From Chryseobacterium gleum (lineage in GTDB: Bacteria > Bacteroidota > Bacteroidia > Flavobacteriales_D > Crocinitomicaceae): a DNA stretch of 39,096 nucleotides. Made by a program: the position numbers and the translations under genes. The notes below the pieces were generated by a model. The model made no database searches, was not told where the DNA came from, and saw nothing but the letters and a program-made list of their open reading frames with translations. Below, one piece after another: positions 18,236 to 29,100 of this stretch. Numbering within the stretch: the first letter of the stretch is position 1; every line of letters begins with the position of its first letter. The stretch spans positions 1-39,096 of the forward strand of contig CAMCQW010000001.1 in the NCBI GenBank assembly GCA_945877045.1, read 5' to 3'.

Positions 18236-18252
18236 GATGTTTCACGTGAAAC
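18211..18252. repeat. two copies of the perfect palindrome GTTTCACGTGAAAC (18215..18228 and 18239..18252)
   Basis: Read directly from the sequence. The first copy extends to a 22-bp perfect palindrome, TTTTGTTTCACGTGAAACAAAA (18211..18232), that ends at the last sense codon of ybeY. The second copy ends 7 nt before the mnmG ATG. Centres are 24 bp apart. Confidence 0.9.
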
Positions 18253-18259
18253 TATTACG

Positions 18260-20131
18260 ATGTTAAAAAAATACGATGTTATTGTTGTTGGTGCTGGTCA
18301 CGCCGGTTGTGAGGCAGCGAATGCTGCGGCAAAAATGGGTAGTAGCGTTTTGTTACTTACAATGAACATGAATACTATTGCCCAAATGAGTTGTAATCCA
18401 GCAATGGGTGGAGTTGCAAAGGGGCAAATCGTTCGCGAAATAGATGCTTTAGGAGGGGGCTCAGGTATTGTTAGTGATAAAAGTGCCATCCAGTTTCGGA
18501 TGCTTAATCTTTCAAAAGGACCGGCGATGTGGTCGCCACGCACCCAAAATGATCGTATGTTGTTTGCTACAGAATGGCGAATGTTACTAGAACGAAATCC
18601 CAATGTGGATTTTTGGCAAGACATGTGCGCAGGATTAATCGTAGAAGACAAGGTTATCAAAGGGGTTTATACAGCATTAGGGATTCCTATTTATGGAAGT
18701 TCGGTTGTATTAACCAATGGCACCTTTCTTAATGGATTGATTCATTTGGGCGAGAAACAGTTTGGTGGTGGTCGAGCAGCAGAAAAAGCATCAACAGGAA
18801 TTACTGAAGAATTAATCGCCTTAGGTTTTGAGGCTGGTAGAATGAAAACGGGTACTCCACCACGTGTTGATGGACGCTCATTGGATTATTCTAAAATGGA
18901 GTTGCAAGATGGAGATGATAACCCTTCCAAATTTAGCTACTCCGATACGCCGAACCTTACAAAACAAAGACCTTGTTACATTACCTATACCAACACAAAT
19001 ACACATGATGTGTTACGAACGGGTTTCGATCGATCTCCGATGTTTAATGGGGCCATTAAGAGTACAGGCCCACGCTATTGTCCGAGTATAGAAGATAAAA
19101 TAAATCGTTTCGCTGAACGGGATAGACATCAAATTTTCGTTGAACCGGAAGGGTGGGATACTATTGAAATTTATGTTAATGGATTTAGTACTTCTTTACC
19201 TGAAGACATACAACTTGATGCATTAAGAACAATACCTGGTTTCGAAAAAGTTAAAATGTTTAGGCCTGGATATGCCATTGAATATGATTTTTTTCCGCCT
19301 ACACAGCTAAAACATACCCTAGAAACTAAACGAATTGAAAATTTGTATTTTGCAGGACAAATCAATGGAACAACGGGCTATGAAGAAGCAGCTTGTCAGG
19401 GTTTGATGGCGGGGATTAATGCCCACTTGAAAATTAAGAATAAAACACCTTTTGTTTTATCGCGAAGCGAAGCTTATATTGGCGTGTTAATAGATGATTT
19501 AGTAACCAAAGGCACTAAGGAGCCTTATCGAATGTTTACAAGTAGGGCGGAATATCGAATCTTACTACGCCAAGATAATGCTGATGTACGCTTAACTGAA
19601 ATGGGATATAATATAGGACTGGCCGATAAGTTGGCATTGGACAAGGTTGAGAGAAAGATCACCGGAACAGAGAAGCTTAAATGGGCACTACGATCTATCG
19701 GTATTAGTCCCACATTGGCCAACCCAATGTTAGAAGCAAAGGGCTCGGCACCAATTACGCAACAGGTTAAATTGTCAAATTTAATTCTCCGACCGCAAAT
19801 AACTTTAACTGATTTATTAGAGGTGTCACCGGAAGCTAGTGCAATAGCTGAAGAGTTAATTATTTTGCATCCCGATATTTTAGCGCAAACGGAAATTCTC
19901 CTTAAATATGAAGGGTATATTGAGCGCGAAGAAGAACTCGTTAGTAAGATGCTAAAACTAGACGATGTTAAAATACCTGCGGATGTTATTTTTGATCAAT
20001 TAAAAAATTTGAGTTTAGAGGCTATTGAAAAATTAAATTTAGTACGGCCTGTTACTATTGGACAAGCCTCTAGGATCTCAGGGGTTTCTCCAAGTGATAT
20101 TTCAGTACTTTTAATTTATATTAGCCGCTAA
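18260..20131 (+). CDS. mnmG: tRNA uridine 5-carboxymethylaminomethyl modification enzyme MnmG (GidA)
   Basis: 623-aa ORF with the FAD-binding motif [16 protein letters not shown], then [11 protein letters not shown], and full-length GidA organisation. Confidence 0.97.
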   Translation: MLKKYDVIVVGAGHAGCEAANAAAKMGSSVLLLTMNMNTIAQMSCNPAMGGVAKGQIVREIDALGGGSGIVSDKSAIQFRMLNLSKGPAMWSPRTQNDRMLFATEWRMLLERNPNVDFWQDMCAGLIVEDKVIKGVYTALGIPIYGSSVVLTNGTFLNGLIHLGEKQFGGGRAAEKASTGITEELIALGFEAGRMKTGTPPRVDGRSLDYSKMELQDGDDNPSKFSYSDTPNLTKQRPCYITYTNTNTHDVLRTGFDRSPMFNGAIKSTGPRYCPSIEDKINRFAERDRHQIFVEPEGWDTIEIYVNGFSTSLPEDIQLDALRTIPGFEKVKMFRPGYAIEYDFFPPTQLKHTLETKRIENLYFAGQINGTTGYEEAACQGLMAGINAHLKIKNKTPFVLSRSEAYIGVLIDDLVTKGTKEPYRMFTSRAEYRILLRQDNADVRLTEMGYNIGLADKLALDKVERKITGTEKLKWALRSIGISPTLANPMLEAKGSAPITQQVKLSNLILRPQITLTDLLEVSPEASAIAEELIILHPDILAQTEILLKYEGYIEREEELVSKMLKLDDVKIPADVIFDQLKNLSLEAIEKLNLVRPVTIGQASRISGVSPSDISVLLIYISR

Positions 20132-20136
20132 AATAG

Positions 20137-20164
20137 GTTTTAACGCGTTTTAACGCCGTTTTAA
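20137..20164 (+). repeat. short tandem array GTTTTAACGC GTTTTAACGC c GTTTTAA
   Basis: Two perfect 10-bp units (20137..20146 and 20147..20156) plus a 7-bp partial unit (20158..20164), starting 6 nt after the mnmG stop. Confidence 0.85.
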
Positions 20165-20189
20165 TAGCTTAAAGGTTAAATCATATTCG

Positions 20190-20205
20190 GATAGTCATGA
20201 TAGTC
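20190..20205 (+). repeat. direct repeat GATAGTC-at-GATAGTC
   Basis: Two 7-bp units at 20190..20196 and 20199..20205 in the same 112-bp spacer, followed by a T-run (ggcttttttt). Confidence 0.8.
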
Positions 20206-20243
20206 GATTTTATCAGGGCTTTTTTTAAGGTTTTATTTGAAAA

Positions 20244-21191
20244 ATGAGAAGAAAAGTTCTGTTTTTAGATAGTGTTCACCCAATTCTTTTTGATCGGTTG
20301 AAAACGGCTGGATATAATTGTGTTCATGGGGAGGATAAAAGTTTAGCTTTTATTTATGACGAAGCTTCCACCGTTTTTGGTTTGGTTATCCGCTCCAGGT
20401 TTTATTTAGACGAAGAATTTTTAACCCGCTTTAAAAATTTACGATTTATTGCAAGGGCTGGTTCTGGTCTAGAAAATATTGATCAAGATTATTGCAAGCA
20501 AAACAATATAGCTCTTTTTAATTCTCCAGAAGGAAATAGAAATGCTGTTGCGGAACATGCGTTGGCTTTATTATTGGGCTGTATGAATAATATTTATGTC
20601 GCAAATAACGAAATAAAACAAGGTTTCTGGAATCGTGAATCCAATAGAGGAGAGGAATTAAAAGGTAAAACAGTTGGAATTATTGGTTTTGGTCACAACG
20701 GAAGGGCTTTCGCCGAAAAACTCGTCGCTTTTGGTCTTACTGTTTTAGCACACGACAAGTACATTTCCGTCCCAAATGAAAATGGAATAATAAATTCCTC
20801 TTTAGAAATGATTTTTAGTCAGGCAGATGTTGTCTCCCTGCATTTGCCATTAACAGATGAAACATATTATTATGCCGACGATAAATTTTTCGCTAGCTTT
20901 TCTAAACCCATTTATTTTATTAATATTTCTAGGGGAAAAATTGTGGATACTTCTTCGTTAGTAAGGGCAATCCAGTCCGGAAAAATAAAGGCTTCAGGAC
21001 TGGATGTGTTGGAGTTTGAGGCACAAAGTTTCGAATCATTATTTAATAAGGAAATACCAGCACCTCTATTATTTTTAATGAATGACCCAAGTGTTATTTT
21101 AACACCTCACATTGCGGGATGGACGCAGGAATCTCATATTCTATTAAGCGATGTCCTTGCAGATAAAATTTTGTCTTTTTCCTTCCCTTAA
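20244..21191 (+). CDS. NAD-dependent D-isomer-specific 2-hydroxyacid dehydrogenase (phosphoglycerate-dehydrogenase-like)
   Basis: 315-aa ORF with the Rossmann motif GIIGFGHNGRAFAEKL, ISRG, a catalytic-type HIAGWT and an upstream E. Substrate cannot be assigned from sequence alone. Confidence 0.82.
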   Translation: MRRKVLFLDSVHPILFDRLKTAGYNCVHGEDKSLAFIYDEASTVFGLVIRSRFYLDEEFLTRFKNLRFIARAGSGLENIDQDYCKQNNIALFNSPEGNRNAVAEHALALLLGCMNNIYVANNEIKQGFWNRESNRGEELKGKTVGIIGFGHNGRAFAEKLVAFGLTVLAHDKYISVPNENGIINSSLEMIFSQADVVSLHLPLTDETYYYADDKFFASFSKPIYFINISRGKIVDTSSLVRAIQSGKIKASGLDVLEFEAQSFESLFNKEIPAPLLFLMNDPSVILTPHIAGWTQESHILLSDVLADKILSFSFP

Positions 21192-21196
21192 ACCGC

Positions 21197-24157
21197 TTAA
21201 TTAATAACTAACTTTTTGATAATTAATTGATTCCGACTATTTATAACCACGTTATAATAGCCAATTGATAACTGAGGCGTTTCAATAAAACCGCTGTTTT
21301 CTATGGTAGTACTGTGAATTAATTTTCCTGCAGCATCGTATATTGATACATCAGCTGGATTAATTAAATTACCAATCCAAAAACCATTTCCACTACTCGG
21401 ATTAGGATATATAATAAGCGATGCTAGTTCGTTTTCAATTTGACCTGCACTTGGATTTTGAAGCAACTTTTGGCCATCAGAACTTAACTGAGAATTTAAT
21501 AGTGCGCCATTTTCGGCCTTTATGGTGAAATAATAAGTTTGGCCATAAATAGGGTTCGTCAATAAGTGCTGAATAGCGGTATTAAGGGCACTATTCGTCC
21601 AGGGTATAATATTAGTTCCTCCAGAAGTGGTTCCTAACGCCCATTTGTAATTGGAAATACTTGAGTGTATATCTGTTGCATTCCAATTGCATGAGAGTGT
21701 ATTGGTATAAACTGTATCAATGTCTGATGCCGCGCCATCGTTACAAGAACTAATTACCGGAGGAGTCCAATCAATTAGGTATTGTTTAGAGGCAGTGTTT
21801 CCCCAATTTTGATCTAGATCGATTACTTCAGATTGAATGAGCCCTGTTGTAATCGCCGCGTTGCTTTGAAATCGCATTTGTTGATTATTTCCTACAGTTA
21901 CTGATACATTTGTAGCCCTTGATTTAAACACTTTAACATTATCAAATCGAACGGTGCACGCACCACTTCGAAGCGAGATAGAATTACCCGAAATAATAGG
22001 ATTTGCATCTTGCCATTGCGATATTAACTGATTGTTTACATATACTTTAATTGTTCCGGTTGTTGGGTTATACCATGTTTTAATAGCATAATTAACTTGA
22101 GGAGTTATAACTAAAGAGTCTTCGTTTACCACGGTAAAAACATCGTTCGTTACTTTATAAAGTTGAACTTTATCTGTTTCTTCTCTTAAATAAACGAAGT
22201 AAGAATTTCCCCGATTCGGTAGTGTTGGATCAGAACAAAAGAAGTGCATTCCTGCCCGCTGATTTAAATTACTGGATGTTATTTTTTGTTCCCACTCATA
22301 TAGGTATTGAGCACTATTGTTTTGTGTAACATTTAAATATGCGTTAGAATTATTTTGTGAAGCATCATTCATTAAAAATGCTTGATTGTTAATGCTAAAT
22401 AAGCCCGTTTGCAAGGTCCAATTCACATTAACATCTTCAAAATCTTCATGTGCGAATCCAAAACTACCATTAGCCATCCATCCGATGTTAGCTGGATTTC
22501 TGTCTGCCACAAGATAAAAGCCTTTTTCTACTCCGCTACCCGCATCAACGTCATTTATTTGTGTCTGAAAATCAGCAACTTGCCATGTTGGCCCATTGCT
22601 TATTGTGCTAGTTGGTGGTGTATTATCGACAGTGTTAATAATGGATGTATACCCTGCGGCCCAGCCACTAGAAGTGGAACCACAATCAGATCGAAACTCT
22701 ACAAGCAATGAACCACTAGTCCCTGTTAGTGCCGCCGGAAGAGTTGTTCCTGAATAACTGCCAAGTAGCGGGGCGTTGATGGTAGAACCGTTGTAAACGA
22801 AAAATTTGTCTGAGCTGTGCACTGAAAAGGCTGTAAAAGACAGGGTTACAGAGGTCGCGTTTGCAGGCTGAATTAGCCATAGCTTCCGCTCATCATTACC
22901 GTAATTGCCATTGATTCCCCCGGAATCATAAAAATTACCACTGGTATTGGTAATTGTAGTGATCGTTGGGCTTGAGTTTATCAATCGATAATATTTTTCC
23001 CAGTCCCAGTTTATTCCCGGGTCAGTATGGGTTTGATTCGGATAGTGTTGATGCCCTTTGATTTTGACGCAAGTTCCCAGTACATTGGAGCCCGATGAAG
23101 CCGCGCCATAATAGGTTCGCAATCCATTAATTCCATATCCACTAAGGATGATGTCTTTAGATAAATTAGCAGAAGCTTGGTATAGTGCATTTGTGTACCA
23201 AACCGGGTTATTAACATATCCTTCGTGCTCGTATCCAATTGTATAGGGATTTTCTGACCCAACGTGCCAGGCTTTTGATCCTTCCAAAACCATTTGTGTT
23301 ATTTGTCCGTCCGAACTTCTTACTACATAATGGTAGGAAACGCCAGAATTGCAGTTTTGAGCCCACGAAATAGCACCAGAGTAAGAGCCTTGAACAGTAT
23401 GAATGGTGATTGCAGAAACGGCCGTTCCGCTTCGACTGCTAAAATTGCACGATGGAGTTGGTGTCCAAATAGCAGGTCCATATTCTTGTGATTTATTGAT
23501 CATTGGCGTGTAACTTACCCCGCTTTGCGAAACAACACCGTTTTTTTTTACACTTATTTTTTGAGCGCTTAAGACCGAATAATTTTCTTTTCCAAACAAT
23601 GATTCTAGATCGTAATTTTTCACATCGAAATGATGAAGGGTGGCGAAAGGAACTTCGTTTAATCGTCTGAAAACCTCTATGGCAAATGAATTTCTAGCGA
23701 AATCGTTTACGGCTCCTAATTTAGGGATTTCAGAAAGTTCTAGCAGCGCAATCCTTAATCGTTCCTCAATTTTAATTCCTTTATTTAAGGACAACTTCAT
23801 TACCGAATCTAAGGCAAGTCCGTAAGCCATAATTTGCATTTCTATAGACCCCTTCTGTTGAGAGATAGAAATTCCGCTAAGTTTTCCGATTAACTTTCCG
23901 TTCTCTAAAAAGTAATTTTTCCCATTGTCGAAAACCCCCATTATACCATAGGGCTGAGGTAAGCCGGAGCAAGAGTTTATATCCTCACTTTTAATTTCAA
24001 CTATTCTGGTATTGGTATAGGAAACGGCTTCTAAAGTTCCCCTTGGAACTTCTGATAAATGAAGATAAGCCGCATTAAAAAAAGCCTCGTGTTGTTGTTG
24101 TGAAAAAGTATACATTGAGGTGTAAACACTAATTAATAAGATGATTATGTATCGCAT
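21197..24157 (-). CDS. T9SS-secreted multidomain N-acetylmuramoyl-L-alanine amidase (Amidase_2/PGRP fold) with CUB-like and lectin-like domains
   Basis: 986-aa ORF with signal peptide MRYIIILLISVYTSMYTFSQ. Amidase_2 motifs are AITIHTVQGS, SYHYVVRSSDGQITQMV, AWHVGSENPYTIGYEHEG and HQHYPNQTHTDPG. A CUB-like block spans FYDSGGINGNYGNDE...LVEFRSDCGSTSSGWAAGY. The C-terminal segment LIIYPNPSSGNGF...YYNVVINS...IKKLVIN is a T9SS CTD. Confidence 0.8.
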   Translation of the reverse strand: MRYIIILLISVYTSMYTFSQQQHEAFFNAAYLHLSEVPRGTLEAVSYTNTRIVEIKSEDINSCSGLPQPYGIMGVFDNGKNYFLENGKLIGKLSGISISQQKGSIEMQIMAYGLALDSVMKLSLNKGIKIEERLRIALLELSEIPKLGAVNDFARNSFAIEVFRRLNEVPFATLHHFDVKNYDLESLFGKENYSVLSAQKISVKKNGVVSQSGVSYTPMINKSQEYGPAIWTPTPSCNFSSRSGTAVSAITIHTVQGSYSGAISWAQNCNSGVSYHYVVRSSDGQITQMVLEGSKAWHVGSENPYTIGYEHEGYVNNPVWYTNALYQASANLSKDIILSGYGINGLRTYYGAASSGSNVLGTCVKIKGHQHYPNQTHTDPGINWDWEKYYRLINSSPTITTITNTSGNFYDSGGINGNYGNDERKLWLIQPANATSVTLSFTAFSVHSSDKFFVYNGSTINAPLLGSYSGTTLPAALTGTSGSLLVEFRSDCGSTSSGWAAGYTSIINTVDNTPPTSTISNGPTWQVADFQTQINDVDAGSGVEKGFYLVADRNPANIGWMANGSFGFAHEDFEDVNVNWTLQTGLFSINNQAFLMNDASQNNSNAYLNVTQNNSAQYLYEWEQKITSSNLNQRAGMHFFCSDPTLPNRGNSYFVYLREETDKVQLYKVTNDVFTVVNEDSLVITPQVNYAIKTWYNPTTGTIKVYVNNQLISQWQDANPIISGNSISLRSGACTVRFDNVKVFKSRATNVSVTVGNNQQMRFQSNAAITTGLIQSEVIDLDQNWGNTASKQYLIDWTPPVISSCNDGAASDIDTVYTNTLSCNWNATDIHSSISNYKWALGTTSGGTNIIPWTNSALNTAIQHLLTNPIYGQTYYFTIKAENGALLNSQLSSDGQKLLQNPSAGQIENELASLIIYPNPSSGNGFWIGNLINPADVSIYDAAGKLIHSTTIENSGFIETPQLSIGYYNVVINSRNQLIIKKLVIN

Positions 24158-24231
24158 ATGTTTGATTGTTTAAAATGAAACGTGTTAACGTGATTTAATT
24201 CATAAACGTATAAAAGACATTTTTCCAAGTG

Positions 24232-24239
24232 CAAAAGTA
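24232..24239 (-). promoter_or_regulatory. candidate -7 promoter box (TACTTTTG) for the amidase gene
   Basis: The reverse complement of caaaagta is TACTTTTG, a perfect TAnnTTTG, about 75 nt upstream of the ATG at 24157. Confidence 0.4.
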
Positions 24240-24396
24240 AAGCGAATAATTAATGGAAAAATTAATTTATTGTTATTATTTTAATCAAACTGTGGGTTTA
24301 GGACTTACTAGTGTCTTGATTTAAACGGCCCCGTCTTAGCATGAAGCTGTTTTAAATGAGTAACCGTGGTAAAAAGAGTGCACTCGAAATGGAGTG

Positions 24397-26121
24397 TTAA
24401 AACCGTGCAGTTATACCCCCCATGATTTGTATGGGCATTACGGGATAATTTAACCATCGGCTATATCGCTGGGAAGCAATATTATTAATTTGTAAAAAGG
24501 CAGACACCCTTTTATTGTAGCGATATTCCACCTCTAAATTTCCATCTGCAATAAACCCTAATGGTATAAAGTATTGATTGTTTTCTGTTAACACACCGCT
24601 TCCTGGTCCATTCACTTTTGCCATTCTTCCTGATTCCATGGTTAAATCAGCACGAATTAAAAATTTATCATATAAATTGTAGGTGCCACGAAGAATAAAT
24701 TGTAATTGTGGAAGGTTCCAAGCCCGCGCCTCGTTCTTCATTTCATAACTATTAAATCGACCTACACCATCAATTTTAAGCTTCTCATTCATTTGGTAAG
24801 ACAAATTGGCTTCAATACTCGTTAAGTTGAGGGAGTCATAAACCAGGTAAAATTGATTTCCTAATTTAGCATAGCTTGTATCGGTAACAAAAAACGCCCG
24901 GTTATTTATCTTGGCAAAACTCGCGCATATGCCATAAGTCATGCGTTTCGTTATCCCTCCCCTAACACCGAAGAAGAGGTCATATGGCTTGTTTTCATTC
25001 TCCAAAACGAGATTAGTGAGAACGTATGGATTCACGCTATTTAAGGAGCTGTAGGTATTTTGGTTTAATCCCCCGCGAATGCCAATAAATGGAATAATTA
25101 AGTCATTTAATAAGGAATAAGAAACAGTAACCCGCGGATAAATATAAGCCCGTGTAACTTTATTTGCGTCAATACTAATTCCTACCCCAACGTCTACCAA
25201 TAGTTTTTTCTCTAGTAAATTTGTTAAAACCCCCGGATAAAGATCAATAATAGTATTATTTATTACAATACCAGTATCAATCGCCGTTATTGCTGAATCA
25301 GCTATTCCGTACTTGTACCCATTATACCTCACCCCAAAATTGGCATAGAAAGACTCACTTTCTTTATTGTACCACCCTCGTGTATTAAAATTAAAACTGT
25401 TCTCGTGCACCCTCCAGTCTGACAACGAATCTATAAGGGGTTTTTGAGAATTAAGATTTTTATAAGCGAGATCAAACTTAAGATTCAAACGCGCGCTATC
25501 TCCTCGATTAGCAATTAAACTAAGACCAAAACCTGTTCGTTGAATACGTTGTCTTATAGAGTCTGCACTTATATTTTCCGAAGGAATTCCGTAGTAATGA
25601 TACCCATAGTTTTCATAATTTATGTCACCTCCCACGGTAATGTTCTTTTTAATAAATTGCCCAAAGAAAAGGGCGCTGGTTTTATCAAAACCTGCTGTCG
25701 CATACGTAACCTTGTCTCGATCTTTTACATTACCGAATGAGCTTAGGTGTTTAATGTGTGCTCCATATACCGAGCTTCTAGAGCGTGTTGAATTATAAAA
25801 CAACTCACCAAGAGGCATAATGGTAGATCCAATGCCAATTTTAGCATAAAATGGATAAAGCGCTTTGATTTTCTCCGTGGTTTCAACAGTTGCGGCTGCT
25901 ATGGTATCAAGGCTTATTTTAGTGTCGCCGTAAAGTTGTAGAAGTGGCTGAGGTGTTATTGGGGCAACCGCCAAACTATCTATAATTTTTGGACTAGAAA
26001 TTAATCGATAAGTTGGTTCAACCTCTCTATTTCCTAGACCCTCCGCCTCAAAAATATCTGGCGGTTGTGCGAGTAATGTACCTACGGAAAAATACACAAG
26101 AAAGAATAAGAGTACTTTCAT
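24397..26121 (-). CDS. outer-membrane beta-barrel protein ('putative porin' family-like)
   Basis: 574-aa ORF with signal peptide MKVLLFFLVYFSVGTLLAQ, alternating aromatic/hydrophilic beta-strand pattern throughout, and a C-terminal ...GGITARF (terminal Phe, OMP beta-signal). Its ATG overlaps the upstream TPR gene stop (ATGA at 26118..26121). Confidence 0.6.
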   Translation of the reverse strand: MKVLLFFLVYFSVGTLLAQPPDIFEAEGLGNREVEPTYRLISSPKIIDSLAVAPITPQPLLQLYGDTKISLDTIAAATVETTEKIKALYPFYAKIGIGSTIMPLGELFYNSTRSRSSVYGAHIKHLSSFGNVKDRDKVTYATAGFDKTSALFFGQFIKKNITVGGDINYENYGYHYYGIPSENISADSIRQRIQRTGFGLSLIANRGDSARLNLKFDLAYKNLNSQKPLIDSLSDWRVHENSFNFNTRGWYNKESESFYANFGVRYNGYKYGIADSAITAIDTGIVINNTIIDLYPGVLTNLLEKKLLVDVGVGISIDANKVTRAYIYPRVTVSYSLLNDLIIPFIGIRGGLNQNTYSSLNSVNPYVLTNLVLENENKPYDLFFGVRGGITKRMTYGICASFAKINNRAFFVTDTSYAKLGNQFYLVYDSLNLTSIEANLSYQMNEKLKIDGVGRFNSYEMKNEARAWNLPQLQFILRGTYNLYDKFLIRADLTMESGRMAKVNGPGSGVLTENNQYFIPLGFIADGNLEVEYRYNKRVSAFLQINNIASQRYSRWLNYPVMPIQIMGGITARF

Positions 26122-29100
26122 TTGTTTTGGTTTATTTCAATTTTTTTATCGGGCTCTTCCTCAATTATTTTCACGGGGTTTTTTAGCTGCGTGAGTTCCT
26201 CCATTAATTCGTTGGCCTCAAGCAAAATACCATCATTAAGATCTTTCGGATAAAAATCAATCACTGATTTTAAGCTTTGTTCTGCTTGAACATAATCCCC
26301 ACGTTCGATATCTATTTTTGTTTTTAATATCAAAGCCTTACCAATCCAGAAATTGTAGCTAGGCTTCATTTTTAAGATGGCATTTATTTCATTTTCAGCG
26401 AGCGTTAACTCCTTGTTTTTATGATGAATCTCAGCAAGATAATACCGGGATTCAGCAGTCATTGCTGAGCGGGTATTTTTAACCAGCCAATTTAAAGAAA
26501 GCGCCGCATCGGTATAATTTTCAAGCTTGTAATTAGCCAGTCCTAGTACATATTCCCCATCTATATGATTGGCTGTTGTGAGTCCGTTACTTTCAAGGAC
26601 TATTTTTGCATAGGCGATTGATTCTTGATAGTTGTTGTTAAGAAAATAACACCTCATTAATCCGAGTTTTGCCACGAAAATATTATATGCTTTCGTTGCT
26701 ATTTTATCAAGTTTCAGGTAATATTTAATACCATTCACATAGTCTTTTTTGTTGTAATAAAAAGTAGAAACCCGCGCGGCTGCAAATTCAGAATAAGCAT
26801 TGTTCTCACCAGACAAATACGCTTCATAATTACGTACAGCCTTCACAGTGTCCTTAATTTTAAAATAGGAATTCCCAAGAAAATAATAAGTTTCATTGGC
26901 ATACCGTCCCTGGGGGAACTTAGTGAGGTATGTTTCAAACTTAGGAATGGCCTCCACATAATTACTATCAACATAACTTTGTAAAGCGGGATTATAGAAA
27001 AGGTTTTCTTTTTCGTCTGGCGAAACGTTAGCACATGGATATTGATCTGCTAAATCCGAGGCTTTTTCTGGCTTTTTCTGTGCAATATAAACATCCATCA
27101 ATCCTTTTACGGCTGCCGCACACACATCACGCACATTATCATGTTCTAATAATAATTGTTTAAAGTCTAGTTCTGCCTGCGCATAGTCCCATTGTTTATA
27201 ATGGATATCAGCAATTTCCAATTGGCAATCGATTAATAGGGCCGATTGAGGATAATCCGCAAGGTATTTCCTGAAATAAACGAGTGCGGGATCGTATTCT
27301 GAACCAGATTTATAGCTTTTGGCGAGTTCATAAACACCATTCATTATATACTTTGAATCTTTATAATCTTCGATTAATGTAAGCAATGCGTTTATTTTCA
27401 GTTGCAATTGGCCGTTATACCCATAACTTTTTGCTAAATAATAACTTGCTCTATCTGATAGATCAGACTTTAAATCAATGGTTTCTTTATAGTACTTTAT
27501 AGCCAGTGCATTTTGTTTACTGGTATAATAGCCATCGGCTAACTTTAAGCAGGCATCTACTTTTTTCTCTTTGTTTTTTGGATTTCCCTGCAAGTATATT
27601 TGCAAGGCGTCTAAGGCATCATTATATAATTCTTTATTCCAATAGGCATACCCCAAGTTGTAATAAGCATCGTTTTTTTCCTCTAAGGAATTGGATGCCG
27701 GAGAGCCCAAGAATAATTTATACTCTGCGATACTTTCCGTATATTTTTTTAATCGGTAAAAGGCATCTGCGCGCCAATATTTAGCAAGAGCGACTAGTTG
27801 TGGATCTATGGCGTATTTATTAACTAACGCGAAATTCGTGATTGCTTCCTCATAACGCGCCTTTTGAAACAATTCCACTCCGTAATTGTACGCGATGATT
27901 TGGTATAAAGCCTTAAGTTTCGTGTCTTTTGAAGGAAGTTTATCCAATGATTCTAATGCTTTCGAATAATTACTGGTATTCGAATATACATTCACGAGGC
28001 ATTGATAAATATCCTGCTTACGGCTAGATTCAGGGTATTTTCTTAGGTAATTTTCAAAAGCTTTAACGGATTCGTCATAGGGGTTAATGTCTACTTTAAA
28101 AGATAAAACCGCAAAATTATACAGGGCGTCTTCTTGTACTTTTTCCAGTGTTTTCATTTCTGAAGCCCTGTAAAAAGCACTTCTTGCAGGCAATAGTTTA
28201 GTTAACTTTTGATATGAATCAGCAATTTGATACATTGCTATTTGGCCAAGGCTATCATCCACTCTTGCTACCCGATCAAAGTATTTAATTGCCTTATCGT
28301 ACTCCTCATTTCGATACAATGAATAGGCAATTTGGTAATCATCCACCCTTGTTGTTTTGGCCTTTTGATAATATATCTCAAGGTACTTTGCCGCATCCTT
28401 GAATTGATTGAGTTTGTAATACGCGTCCCCCAATAAATGATAAACATCAGAAATCTCGGTTAGTGAGGTAGAGTCCAACACTGTTGGTGCGTAATCCACT
28501 ACATTTTGAAAGCGCATTTGTCGGTGGTAAATCTGAATAATATAATAAGGAACCACCCCAGAATAATTGGGGTCTTTCCTAAGCTTTTCAAAGCCCTCTA
28601 ATGCTACCTGCAACGCCCCGCCCAAATAACTCAAATGTGAAAAAAAATACAAACTTGGTGACGCGTATTGCGACGTCCCATCTTTCACATCTCTAAATGC
28701 GTTAAGCGCCGTTGCCCGATCGCCCAATTGAAAAGCCGAGTAACCATGTTTAAATAATAATTCATCTTTACGTTCCTTTTCAACCGCATTTAAGGGTGTA
28801 TTTGCATACCATATTACGGCATTTTCAAAATCTTCTTTTTGAAAGAAGAAATTTGCAATTTTAAATGAAATAACCGCTTTATTTATGTTTTCTGGGTAGC
28901 GATTATTATAAGCAATCAATAAGGGGATAGCGTCTTCATTAAATAATTCTAATGCCGAAAGACCTTCATAATAATAGGCTTTTTGTACAAATAGATCATT
29001 TTCGGACTGGCGAGCATTAATAAAAGCCCGGAATTCCACCCTTGCCGCACTATATTGCGCCTTTTCGAAAAGTTCTTCCGCATGATAATATAACGAATTA

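Noticed and set aside
24176-24195. Direct repeat AACGTG-tt-AACGTG in the 5' leader of the amidase gene.
   Set aside because: A 6-bp unit repeated once is not statistically remarkable, and no matching motif occurs elsewhere in the window.
24371-24396. Possible terminator after the beta-barrel gene (minus strand CACUC-CAUUUC-GAGUG followed by CACUCUUUUU).
   Set aside because: The stem is only 5 bp and the U-run is separated from it by 5 nt, so this is too weak to call an intrinsic terminator.
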